A DNA stretch of 62,300 nt from Bacteroidales bacterium (GTDB lineage Bacteria > Bacteroidota > Bacteroidia > Bacteroidales > JAADGE01). The stretch lies in NCBI GenBank assembly GCA_029934515.1, contig JAOZMB010000001.1:1-62300 (forward strand), in the 5' to 3' direction. The notes below the pieces were generated by a model, which ran no database searches, was not told where the DNA came from, and worked only from the letters and a program-made list of their open reading frames with translations. Of this stretch, positions 21,741 to 30,443 are shown in pieces. A program made the translations under genes and the position numbers. Every line of letters starts with the position of its first letter. Within the stretch, counting starts at the first letter, position 1.

Positions 21741-22514
21741 TTAAATACCATCAATTACCAATTGTTCATCGTCCTTGTCAATAAGTGCATCGACGAGTAT
21801 CCTTCCGCAATGTTCACAAACAATAATTTTATTTCTTGTTGCTATATCAAGTTTCCTTTGTGGCGGGATTTTATTAAAACAACCACCACATGCTTCCCTA
21901 TCTATAACCGCAACCGCAAGTCCATTTTTAACATTATTTCTTATTCTTTCGTATGTTGTCAATAAATGTTCTTCGATATTTTGAGCAATTCCTATTGTTC
22001 TATCGCTCAATGTTTCTTCTTCTTTTACTGTTTCATTAACTATTGTATTTAGTTCTTTTTGTTTGTCTTCGAGGTCTGCTTTTTTATCATTTATGTGTTC
22101 TTTTATATTTTGAATACGTTTTCTGATAACGTCATGTTTTGCTCTGAATTCTTTTATTCTTTTCTTACTAAGCTCGATGTCTAAGCTTTCATATTCAATT
22201 TCTTTATTTAAAGAATCAAATTGACGGTTATTTCTGACGCTCATTTGTTGTTTCCTGTATTTCTTAATTAAACTTTCCGATTCTTTTATACCGTTTCTTT
22301 TTTCGGAGATTATTTTTTTTATTCCAGCCATTTCATCTTTCACATTTGTAATTCTTTTTTCAAATCCTTTAATGTCATCTTCCAAATCTTTTACCTGTAA
22401 TGGCAATTCTCCTCTTAATATTTTAATTTCATCAATTTTTGAATGGATTGTTTGAAGCTGATAAAGAAGTCTTAACTTCTCGCTAATTGATTGATTTTGT
22501 ACTTGTTTATTCAT
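21741..22514 (-). CDS. zinc-ribbon / coiled-coil protein (COG1579 family)
   Basis: Long coiled coil followed by CGGC...CEHCGR zinc ribbon. It sits 2 nt downstream of the Nif3 gene, which is the conserved Nif3-COG1579 pairing. Confidence 0.75.
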   Translation of the reverse strand: MNKQVQNQSISEKLRLLYQLQTIHSKIDEIKILRGELPLQVKDLEDDIKGFEKRITNVKDEMAGIKKIISEKRNGIKESESLIKKYRKQQMSVRNNRQFDSLNKEIEYESLDIELSKKRIKEFRAKHDVIRKRIQNIKEHINDKKADLEDKQKELNTIVNETVKEEETLSDRTIGIAQNIEEHLLTTYERIRNNVKNGLAVAVIDREACGGCFNKIPPQRKLDIATRNKIIVCEHCGRILVDALIDKDDEQLVIDGI

Positions 22515-22516
22515 TA

Positions 22517-23611
22517 TTAAAAAAAATTCACTGGGTTAGTATTTATTTCTGATAAAAAACATGCAAAACTATGAAATTTATTTGTAATAATTTCATAAAA
22601 AAGTTCTTTTGTAAATTGTTCACTTTCATAATGCCCAATATCTGCTATTAAAATTTTATTTTCGGAGTTAAAAAACTCGTGGTATTTGAAGTCGCTACTA
22701 ACAAAAAGATCTGCTCTTGTTTGTATAGCTTTGCTTAATAAAAAACTGCCTGCGCCACCACATAAAGCAACTTTTTTTATTGGTTTGTTCCTAAAACTTG
22801 TATGTTTTATTGTTTTTGTTTTGAAGATTTTTTTTAGCATAGTCAAAAAATCAGTTTCACTTTTTTCTTTGTCAAGAAAGCCAAACATTCCAAAACCAGC
22901 ATTTTCGTAAATATTATTTAATGGATATATATCATAAGCTGTTTCTTCGTATGGATGTGCTTTTATTAGAGCGTTGATTAATTTGTTTTCGATAAATTTA
23001 GGATATATTGTTTCAATTTTTATTTCAGGTTCAAATTGTAATTTTCCTTTTTCACCAGCAAATGGATTTGTTTCGCTGTTACCACGAAACGTTCCTGTTC
23101 CAGAAACATTAAAACTGCAATTATCATAATTTCCTATGTGTCCTGCACCAGCCGAGAAAATTGCTTTGCGAACTTTATCAGCATGTAATTTAGGAACAAA
23201 AGTTACTAATTTTCTTAATTCATTTGATTTAGGTAACAAGATACGACAATCTTTAAGTCCTAATTTTTGACAAATTTTTGTGTTCACTCCACCTTTTATA
23301 GCATCAATATTTGTGTGCGATGAATAAATAGCAATTTCATTTTTTATAGCTTGTATTACAGTCCTTTCTACATAATTTTTGCCTGTTATACGTTTTAATC
23401 CATTGAATATCAAAGGATGATGCGAAATTATTAAATTGCATTTCTTCTTAACTGCTTCGGCGACAACCTCTTCTGTAATATCAATTGTTATAAGAACACC
23501 TGTTAGTTTGTTATCAGCATTGCCAATAATCAAGCCAGAATTATCATAAGACTCCTGCAAAGACAAAGGAGCATAATAACTTAAATAGTTGGTTATTTCT
23601 TTTATTTTCAT
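22517..23611 (-). CDS. Nif3-like dinuclear metal centre protein (GTP cyclohydrolase 1 type 2 homolog)
   Basis: MKIKEITNYLSYYAPLSLQESYDNSGLIIG, ISHHPLIF and HTNID motifs. The track start 23737 reads through an intergenic repeat; the ATG at 23611 is the family-typical start. Confidence 0.85.
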   Translation of the reverse strand: MKIKEITNYLSYYAPLSLQESYDNSGLIIGNADNKLTGVLITIDITEEVVAEAVKKKCNLIISHHPLIFNGLKRITGKNYVERTVIQAIKNEIAIYSSHTNIDAIKGGVNTKICQKLGLKDCRILLPKSNELRKLVTFVPKLHADKVRKAIFSAGAGHIGNYDNCSFNVSGTGTFRGNSETNPFAGEKGKLQFEPEIKIETIYPKFIENKLINALIKAHPYEETAYDIYPLNNIYENAGFGMFGFLDKEKSETDFLTMLKKIFKTKTIKHTSFRNKPIKKVALCGGAGSFLLSKAIQTRADLFVSSDFKYHEFFNSENKILIADIGHYESEQFTKELFYEIITNKFHSFACFLSEINTNPVNFF

Positions 23612-23634
23612 AAAAATTTTAATTGTTAAAAAAT

Positions 23635-23730
23635 TAGTATTAATATTCGTTAAATCAAAGTTATAGATGTTACTTGAATCGCATAATAGGAACACGGAAG
23701 AACACTGATTATACGGATTTTCACGGATTT
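23635..23730. repeat. ~95-bp dispersed intergenic element, copy B
   Basis: GTTACTTGAATCGCATAATAGGAACACGGAAGAACACTGATTATACGGATTTTCACGGATTT plus ~35 nt of further left-flank homology to copy A. It lies directly upstream of the Nif3 start. Confidence 0.75.
23656..23663 (-). promoter_or_regulatory. candidate Bacteroidota -7 box TAACTTTG for the Nif3 operon
   Basis: Matches TAnnTTTG on the minus strand, 45 nt upstream of the ATG at 23611. I saw no clean -33 TTTG. Confidence 0.3.
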
Positions 23731-23762
23731 TTTTCACAGTATAATGTTGTCTAATTCAATTC

Positions 23763-24518
23763 TCAATTATTTTTGTCTTCGTCGATTTTTTTTAGGTGAT
23801 ATCCGCTGACAACTCTACCAAAACGATAGGTCAAATAAACCAAAGGAAAGATTTTTTGATTATCAACAACTGCCATAATCTCAACAGTCTTTGGATAAAC
23901 TTCAATTGCAAAACCAGCTTCTATTATAGAGAGTCTATTATCTCTTTTGCTAAATTCAAAACTAATACCAGATTTTATAATAACACCCGGAATTACACTT
24001 AATTCGCTAAAACCCTTATAATAAGATGACTGACCAAAAATATAATGTGAAACGATATCTTTGGTAAATTTTTTGTCAACTATATTACCGTCTTCAAATA
24101 TTTCGTAATATATTGGTTTCAAAAAAGCCGTAGTAATACCAGCAAGCATAAATAACCTTACTGAAACACTATTACGGTCTTGTTTACGAAACAGCTCGTT
24201 TTGTCTTCCAGTCAAAAATTGCAAATTGAAAACAGAGTTTGTTTTACCATAAACAAAACGACTAAAAGAAGTATTATTTGTTCTATTAAACTCTTTTTTA
24301 TGTTTCATATAATTAAAATCTCCCTCGTATAACCATTTATTACTAGCTTTGATTCGTTTTCCATACCTATATCCAAAGCCCCAGCCGTTTGAATTTAACG
24401 AAATACCATAACTTTTTTCGTTCCTAAAAAAAATTTTATGACCATCATCAAGCTCGCCCTGTGAAAATACTATTATACACGACAGCATAATCGCTGTAAA
24501 AAAAGTGATTTTTTTCAC
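23763..24518 (-). CDS. hypothetical secreted / outer-membrane-like protein (251 aa)
   Basis: Signal peptide MKKITFFTAIMLSCIIVFSQG. Beta-strand-rich, aromatic-rich sequence ending ...TYRFGRV. No specific family recognised. Confidence 0.5.
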   Translation of the reverse strand: MKKITFFTAIMLSCIIVFSQGELDDGHKIFFRNEKSYGISLNSNGWGFGYRYGKRIKASNKWLYEGDFNYMKHKKEFNRTNNTSFSRFVYGKTNSVFNLQFLTGRQNELFRKQDRNSVSVRLFMLAGITTAFLKPIYYEIFEDGNIVDKKFTKDIVSHYIFGQSSYYKGFSELSVIPGVIIKSGISFEFSKRDNRLSIIEAGFAIEVYPKTVEIMAVVDNQKIFPLVYLTYRFGRVVSGYHLKKIDEDKNN

Positions 24519-24559
24519 AATAAATGTAAATATTAAATGATTAATAAAAATTCAAAAAA

Positions 24560-24589
24560 TTCAAAGTGTACATAACTGCACACTTTGAA
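24560..24589 (-). terminator. rho-independent terminator of the small lipoprotein gene
   Basis: TTCAAAGTGT-acataactgc-ACACTTTGAA, a perfect 10-bp stem. On the minus strand it is followed by TTTTTTGAATTTTT. Confidence 0.6.
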
Positions 24590-24597
24590 TAATGTTA

Positions 24598-24789
24598 CTA
24601 CAACTCATTATCAACTTCAATATCTAAATATTCGCAATTTATATTCGGATTAATCTGTTGCTTTTCAAGCTCTGAGTTCAACGGCGAATACGGATAAGCG
24701 GGACATAAAGGATTAGCAATATTACAGGAAGTTAATAATATTCCACACAAAAAAAATACAATAAATAATACAGATATTAGCTTTTTCAT
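24598..24789 (-). CDS. small putative lipoprotein (63 aa)
   Basis: Signal peptide with lipobox-like LLTSC. Its own terminator is downstream. Confidence 0.45.
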   Translation of the reverse strand: MKKLISVLFIVFFLCGILLTSCNIANPLCPAYPYSPLNSELEKQQINPNINCEYLDIEVDNEL

Positions 24790-24989
24790 TTTAGTAAAAT
24801 TTTATAGGTTACAAAAATAGTATTTTTTTATGAAAAATACATTTAATTTTTAATTAACATATTTTGCAATAGCAAAAAATGTATTATAAACAGAAAAAAA
24901 CAAGACAGTATAGAAAATTTATATTACTGTTTCGTTATAATTTAAAACATAATTTTTATTTATTTTATTGTTTTAAAACAATAAAATAA

Positions 24990-24997
24990 TATTTTTG
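24990..24997 (+). promoter_or_regulatory. candidate -7 box TATTTTTG upstream of the MmcQ/YjbR gene
   Basis: TAnnTTTG match 17 nt upstream of the ATG at 25014. Confidence 0.3.
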
Positions 24998-25013
24998 CAA
25001 ATAAAAAAATATT

Positions 25014-25367
25014 ATGAATATTGAATTTTTTAGAGAATACTGCATGTCAAAAAAAGGAGTAAAAGAAACGTTTCCTTTTAATGAAACGATAATGGTTTTT
25101 AAAGTGCTTGACAAGATGTTTACATTGACAAATTTAGAATCTGATTTTAGAATAAACTTGAAATGTGAACCTGAAAAAGCAATAAACCTGCGAGAAAAAT
25201 ATCATGATGTACTACCGGGTTATCACATGAATAAAAAACACTGGAATACAATAATTATAAACGGTTCTATACATGATAATATTCTAAAAAAATGTATAGA
25301 CGAGTCTTATGAATTGGTTGTTAGTAACATGACAAAGAAAAATAGAAAATTATTATATGAAATGTAA
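25014..25367 (+). CDS. MmcQ/YjbR family DNA-binding protein
   Basis: 117 aa. FFREYCMSKKGVKETFPF...VFKV..KMF...PGYHMNKKHWNTI is the typical YjbR pattern. Confidence 0.8.
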   Translation: MNIEFFREYCMSKKGVKETFPFNETIMVFKVLDKMFTLTNLESDFRINLKCEPEKAINLREKYHDVLPGYHMNKKHWNTIIINGSIHDNILKKCIDESYELVVSNMTKKNRKLLYEM

Positions 25368-25396
25368 TCTGTGCAATCAAAGATTAAAAATTATTT

Positions 25397-25465
25397 ATGG
25401 CAAACACATCAAAAATAAACCGATTTGTTAGTTGTTAGTTTTAAATATTTTGATGCGTTTGCCAT
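25397..25465. repeat. 69-bp palindromic member of the GATGCGT..GCCAT core / TTAGTTG heptamer repeat family; probable bidirectional terminator
   Basis: The arms ATGGCAAACACATCAAAAATA and TATTTTGATGCGTTTGCCAT are reverse complements apart from one A/G and one extra A. The loop contains TTGTTAGTTGTTAGTT. It lies between convergent genes. Confidence 0.65.
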
Positions 25466-25494
25466 ACCTTCTTAATGTTATCAGTGAATTAATT

Positions 25495-26577
25495 TTACTT
25501 ATATTGAGGTGAAATTGCTTTGTGCATTTCGTCATTCCATTGACATCCTTTTGCAAGCATTTGTCTCAGTTTTATAAAATCGACTTCACGGTCATTGCGA
25601 GTTCCAAAATTAAAGGCTCGGAAACCAGCTTTTCCTTCGGTCATCATGTTTAACGCAAGCCAATCGCGATTAGATTCTTTATTTTTGTCCCAATGCTCAA
25701 GCTTCTTTTTACGTATAGAATTTATTGTTTTGCTTAAACAATTAGGCATCAGGTACAAAAGTTTTGTACATAATTTTTCTGTAGCTTCGTCAAGTAACGA
25801 TAAATCTACTTCACCTGATTTGAACAATGATTTTGCTTTTATTTTCTCTTGTCCCGTTTTGGGAGTTCCATAGATAATATTACCTTTATCATCAACCCAT
25901 TTATTGGTATGAACCATAGGATTTGGTATAAATTCGCCGTTTATTTTTAGTGCTGGAACAATCTCTGTTACCAAACCATAACGTTTTGCCTCGTGTGCCG
26001 ACCATGGATCACAAACTGTACACGAATATATAGCCAACTCAACACTTACAAAAAGATGCAAAAAATCTGTAGAACCTCCATCGGGTGCGCTGCCATGTTT
26101 TGGGCCTGCCTGTCCGAAGCGTGCAAGGTCGTGTGCTATCGAAAAATCACATGCCATACCTATTTCCTGACCGCCAGCTATTCGCATTCCATTTACTCTA
26201 TTTATAACTGGTTTATCGCTCATAAGTATTGCAGAAACCATATCGTTAAACAAACGCATATATTGTTTATATTCCTGAGGATTACCTGCATAATATTCTG
26301 CATATTCTTTTGTATTTCCACCAGTACAAAATGCCTTATTACCAACAGCTGTAAAAATAATTGCAACTACACTTCTGTCGTTTGATGCTTCACGAAATGC
26401 AAGGATAATTTCTTTAACTGCCTGAGTTGTATATGAATTGTATTGTCTCGGATTGTTCAATATAATATGAGCATTATATAAACCATCAACTGGCTTTCCA
26501 GCATTGTCAAGGCACGAACTTTTCTGGAATAAAATTTCCTTATATTCTGTTTTAATTAGATTATGACTTACTAACAT
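25495..26577 (-). CDS. crotonase-superfamily protein resembling 6-oxocyclohex-1-ene-1-carbonyl-CoA hydrolase (Oah/BamA type)
   Basis: 360 aa, which is long for a crotonase. The stretches NNPRQYNSYTT, AFCTGGNTKEYAEYYAG, EYKQYMRLFNDMVSAIL, NGMRIAGGQEIGMACDFSIA, FGQAGPKHGSAPDGGSTDF and WLALNMM match my memory of BamA/Oah sequences. Confidence 0.55.
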   Translation of the reverse strand: MLVSHNLIKTEYKEILFQKSSCLDNAGKPVDGLYNAHIILNNPRQYNSYTTQAVKEIILAFREASNDRSVVAIIFTAVGNKAFCTGGNTKEYAEYYAGNPQEYKQYMRLFNDMVSAILMSDKPVINRVNGMRIAGGQEIGMACDFSIAHDLARFGQAGPKHGSAPDGGSTDFLHLFVSVELAIYSCTVCDPWSAHEAKRYGLVTEIVPALKINGEFIPNPMVHTNKWVDDKGNIIYGTPKTGQEKIKAKSLFKSGEVDLSLLDEATEKLCTKLLYLMPNCLSKTINSIRKKKLEHWDKNKESNRDWLALNMMTEGKAGFRAFNFGTRNDREVDFIKLRQMLAKGCQWNDEMHKAISPQYK

Positions 26578-26627
26578 TTTATTAAATAATTATATGATTA
26601 AACAATTGTATTGATAATTTTTCATTT

Positions 26628-28406
26628 TTAATAAACTTTTATTGCATCGAAATTACATTTAATAACACAAATTCCACAACTTATACAATCAGACTGTCGA
26701 ATAAAATGTATTTCTTTTTTCGCTCCATCAATTGCACTTGAAGGACAGTTTATTGCACATATTCTACAACCAGTGCATAAATCTGGTATAATTTCGTAGC
26801 TCAGTAATTTTGTGCAACTCCCAGCTGGACATCTTTTATCGTTTATGTGTGCTTCGTATTCTTCGCGAAAATATTTAATTGTTGTAAGAACAGGATTTGG
26901 AGCTGTCTGTCCGAGTCCGCAAAGAGAACCATCTTTAATCTGATACGAAAGAGTTTCGAGAGTTTCAATATCGCCGTCTTTGCCTTCACCTTCGGTTATT
27001 CTCGTCAGTATTTCGAGCATTCGTTTTGTTCCTACACGACAGAACGTACATTTTCCACATGATTCCTTTTGTGTAAAATCAAGAAAAAAACGAGCTATAT
27101 CAACCATACAGGTGGTCTCATCCATCACCACAATACCACCAGAACCCATAATTGCACCTGTGGCATTTACAGAGTCATAGTCAACAATAGTATTGTCAAG
27201 ATGTGCTGGAATACAACCACCTGAGGGGCCACCTAACTGCACGGCTTTGAATTTCTTTCCGTCCTGAATGCCACCACCAAGTTTGAAAACTATATCGTGT
27301 ATTGATATGCCCATTGGTACTTCAATCAGTCCGCCATGATTTATTTTTCCAGTTAGAGAAAATGCTTTTGTTCCTTTGCTTTTTTCTGTTCCATATTTTG
27401 AATATGCAACTGCACCTTTATTTATAATCCAAGAAACATTAGAATATGTTTCAACATTATTAATATTTGTAGGTTCTTTCCAAAGTCCAGAAACAGCTGG
27501 ATATGGAGGTCGTTTTCGTGGCATTCCTCTTTTCCCTTCTATTGATGACATAAGTGCTGTTTCCTCGCCACAGACAAATGCTCCGGCACCTTCTTTTACA
27601 TAAATATCAAGGTCGAAACCTTTTATATTCATTATATTTTTGCCTAAATAACCATTCTTGCGAGCTTGTTCTAAGGCTATATTTATGCGAACAATTGCCA
27701 ACGGATATTCGGCTCTGCAATAAACAATACCAACCGAAGCTCCTATCGCATAAGCTCCTATGATCATTCCTTCGATGATTGAATGAGGATCGCCTTCAAG
27801 CAAATTTTTATCCATAAAAGCACCAGGATCGCCTTCATCAGCATTACAGATAATATATTTTACATCAGAAACTTCTGCTTTTGCAAATTTCCATTTTAAC
27901 CCAGTAAGAAAACCTCCACCACCACGACCACGCAAACCAGAATCCAAAATTTCTTTTATAACATCATCACGACTAATATTTTTATCTGCAATTTTGCGAA
28001 GAGCTTTATAACCATCGTATTTTTCGTATTCTTCTATTGATTCTGGATCAATATAACCACAATGACGAAGAGCTATTTTTATTTGTCCTTCCCAAAAAAC
28101 ATCATCTTTGGTTTTCAGAAGTTCAGAATGTACAACATATTTATTAAGTGGAGACTGTTTTTTGGTATGTTGTTCGAGTATCTCTTCGAGAATATTCTCG
28201 TCAACACCGCCATATAAATATTTACCAAATTTGTCTATAATTTCAACAAGAGGCTCTCTGTAACACATTCCTATACAGCTTGTCTTCTTGACAAGAACAT
28301 CATATTTTTTTGACTCCGCAAACAAATTAAGTTTATCGAATATTTTACCAGCACCAGCTGCAATTCCGCAACTACCAAGACCAACTATTGCTATTATTTT
28401 ACTCAT
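26628..28406 (-). CDS. NuoF-like NADH-binding FMN/Fe-S flavoprotein with N-terminal thioredoxin-like [2Fe-2S] domain and C-terminal 2x[4Fe-4S] ferredoxin domain (HydB/HndC/BamH-like)
   Basis: GLRGRGGGGFLTGLKWKF and ICNADEGDPGAFMD (FMN/NADH site). ESCGKCTFCRVG...SLCGLGQTAPNPV (N3 cluster). Two CxxCxxCxxxC motifs at the C-terminus. Confidence 0.85.
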   Translation of the reverse strand: MSKIIAIVGLGSCGIAAGAGKIFDKLNLFAESKKYDVLVKKTSCIGMCYREPLVEIIDKFGKYLYGGVDENILEEILEQHTKKQSPLNKYVVHSELLKTKDDVFWEGQIKIALRHCGYIDPESIEEYEKYDGYKALRKIADKNISRDDVIKEILDSGLRGRGGGGFLTGLKWKFAKAEVSDVKYIICNADEGDPGAFMDKNLLEGDPHSIIEGMIIGAYAIGASVGIVYCRAEYPLAIVRINIALEQARKNGYLGKNIMNIKGFDLDIYVKEGAGAFVCGEETALMSSIEGKRGMPRKRPPYPAVSGLWKEPTNINNVETYSNVSWIINKGAVAYSKYGTEKSKGTKAFSLTGKINHGGLIEVPMGISIHDIVFKLGGGIQDGKKFKAVQLGGPSGGCIPAHLDNTIVDYDSVNATGAIMGSGGIVVMDETTCMVDIARFFLDFTQKESCGKCTFCRVGTKRMLEILTRITEGEGKDGDIETLETLSYQIKDGSLCGLGQTAPNPVLTTIKYFREEYEAHINDKRCPAGSCTKLLSYEIIPDLCTGCRICAINCPSSAIDGAKKEIHFIRQSDCISCGICVIKCNFDAIKVY

Positions 28407-28519
28407 ATTTTATGTATATTTTTTATTCGTATAAAACTATCTTTGATATACATTTAAAGTAATATTTTTAAATAATCAAATATTTTTATGCAAAATTATA
28501 ATTTATATTAAAATATATT

Positions 28520-28527
28520 TACTTTTG
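28520..28527 (+). promoter_or_regulatory. candidate -7 box TACTTTTG upstream of dtd
   Basis: TAnnTTTG match 39 nt upstream of the ATG at 28566. Confidence 0.3.
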
Positions 28528-28565
28528 TCTATATTATTTTATAATTTTTTTGTAATAAGAAAAAA

Positions 28566-29018
28566 ATGAAAGTTGTTATTCAGAGGGTTACAAGCTGTTT
28601 TGTAAGTATAAATGGAAATATAAAATCCAAAATTGGTAAAGGATTATTGGTTCTCGCATCTTTCGAAGATGCTGATAATAAAGAAGATATTGAATGGATG
28701 AGTAGAAAAGTCTCTCGACTTAGAATTTTTAATGACAAAAACGGGCTTATGAATATCTCTGTTAAAGATATAAATGGTGAAATAATTATTGTTAGTCAGT
28801 TTACGCTATATGCAAGCACAAAAAAAGGAAATAGACCTTCATTTATTGGCGCTGCAAAACCAGTTATTTCAATTCCTTTATATGAATTATTTGTAGAACA
28901 ACTTGAAAAAGATTTGTGTAAAACCGTAGAAACGGGTAAATTTGGAGCTAATATGCAAATTTCAATAGTAAATGACGGTCCTGTAACAATAATTATTGAT
29001 TCAAAAAATAAGATATGA
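28566..29018 (+). CDS. dtd: D-aminoacyl-tRNA deacylase
   Basis: MKVVIQRV..., SQFTLYA and the C-terminal NDGPVTI motif. 150 aa. Confidence 0.9.
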   Translation: MKVVIQRVTSCFVSINGNIKSKIGKGLLVLASFEDADNKEDIEWMSRKVSRLRIFNDKNGLMNISVKDINGEIIIVSQFTLYASTKKGNRPSFIGAAKPVISIPLYELFVEQLEKDLCKTVETGKFGANMQISIVNDGPVTIIIDSKNKI

Positions 29019-29341
29019 CAATTAGACAGGCACAAAGAGATGTTGATAAATGGATAAAAACATATGGCGTAAGATATTTTAATCAACTAACAAACATGGC
29101 ACTTCTGACAGAAGAAGTCGGCGAATTGGCACGTATAATTGCAAGAAAATATGGTGAACAATCATTTAAAGAAAGTGATAAAGAAAATAATGAGGCAGAC
29201 GAAATGGCTGATATTTTGTTTGTGTTAATTTGTCTTGCAAACCAAACAGGTATTGATTTAACAGATGCTTTTGAAAAAAATCTGATAAAAAAAACTCAAA
29301 GAGACAGCAAAAGACACAAACAAAACAAAAAATTAAATTGA
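29015..29341 (+). CDS. MazG-like nucleotide pyrophosphohydrolase
   Basis: LTEEVGELARII and EMADILFVLICLAN EExxE/D-type helices. The start overlaps the dtd stop (ATGA), suggesting translational coupling. Confidence 0.8.
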   Translation: MTIRQAQRDVDKWIKTYGVRYFNQLTNMALLTEEVGELARIIARKYGEQSFKESDKENNEADEMADILFVLICLANQTGIDLTDAFEKNLIKKTQRDSKRHKQNKKLN

Positions 29342-29481
29342 ATAATTATATTTTGATAATTTTATAAAATATAAATTTTAAGTCGTAAATAACTAATTAT
29401 CAAACAGAAACAACATTGTAGCATACAACTTAATTATAAATATACCTTTTTTTAGGTATTGTTACATTCAAAACAATATTT

Positions 29482-29489
29482 TATTTTTG
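29482..29489 (+). promoter_or_regulatory. candidate -7 box TATTTTTG upstream of the membrane protein/MCP gene pair
   Basis: TAnnTTTG match 36 nt upstream of the ATG at 29525. Confidence 0.3.
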
Positions 29490-29524
29490 TAAAAATTTTA
29501 ATTTATTAATAAATTATTTTAAAG

Positions 29525-30403
29525 ATGAAATTAAGAAAACCTTTTATTGGAGTATTTGCATTTTTAATAGTATTGTTTACAATGCCTCTTGGACATGCAG
29601 CAATGATAATGATGGAAAATATATTTGGAAAGCAATATATTTTTACTGTAGCTTTAATTCTTGGATTTACAGGTTTATTGTTATTAATATTTGGAATAAT
29701 AAACAAGAACGAAAATAAAGCTACATTTTTGGGGCTTATTGCTGGGTTATTTGTTTGGACGGGTTGGATAGAATTTGCTTATGTTTATTATGCAAATCGT
29801 TTTGGTGTAGAGCCATTAATTATTAATAATGAAATTGTTACAAAACCAGAATATTTAATAATGCCATCTTCTGTTGGATTTTGGGCGGTACTGATGATTT
29901 ACTATTTCTTTAATTCAAGAACAGCTTGTGTGTTCTTTAATTGGATACAAAAAAAACTGAAAATAGCAAATACTATTAATCTTAAACCTACAAAAAAAAA
30001 TACAGCATTGGTAATATTTATGGAATTAATAACAATTCTATGGACTTTTTATCTTGTCTTACTTTTTGCTTATGATAATAATTTTTTAGGAGACAGACAT
30101 TTTGTTACTTATATTATTGCTTTTGGTTCTTTATTTTGGTCTTTGTTTTTATTTCTAAAACTTATTAAAATAAATAAAATAGCTTATGCTATTAAATATG
30201 CAATTCCGACTGTTATTATATTTTGGAATTTCATAGAAATACTTGGAAGATGGAATATTTTTGAGGAAATATGGACAGAACCAATGAAATACTGGATAGA
30301 AATGTTGATTATTCTATTAATATTTATAATACTTACAGGAATTATACTTTTTAGAAAAAAAAATATTAAATTGAAACACGAAATAGTAAAAACAAATGAA
30401 TAA
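29525..30403 (+). CDS. polytopic membrane protein, function unknown (292 aa)
   Basis: At least seven hydrophobic segments. No family recognised. Confidence 0.55.
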   Translation: MKLRKPFIGVFAFLIVLFTMPLGHAAMIMMENIFGKQYIFTVALILGFTGLLLLIFGIINKNENKATFLGLIAGLFVWTGWIEFAYVYYANRFGVEPLIINNEIVTKPEYLIMPSSVGFWAVLMIYYFFNSRTACVFFNWIQKKLKIANTINLKPTKKNTALVIFMELITILWTFYLVLLFAYDNNFLGDRHFVTYIIAFGSLFWSLFLFLKLIKINKIAYAIKYAIPTVIIFWNFIEILGRWNIFEEIWTEPMKYWIEMLIILLIFIILTGIILFRKKNIKLKHEIVKTNE

Positions 30404-30443
30404 AAATTTGTAATTACTTAAAAATTAAATAATAATTTAAAAT

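Noticed and set aside
23612-23737. A 42-codon N-terminal extension of the Nif3 ORF as listed in the track (start 23737).
   Set aside because: The extension is a translation of the intergenic ~95-bp repeat (copy B). Family-typical Nif3 proteins begin at the MKIKEI... methionine at 23611.
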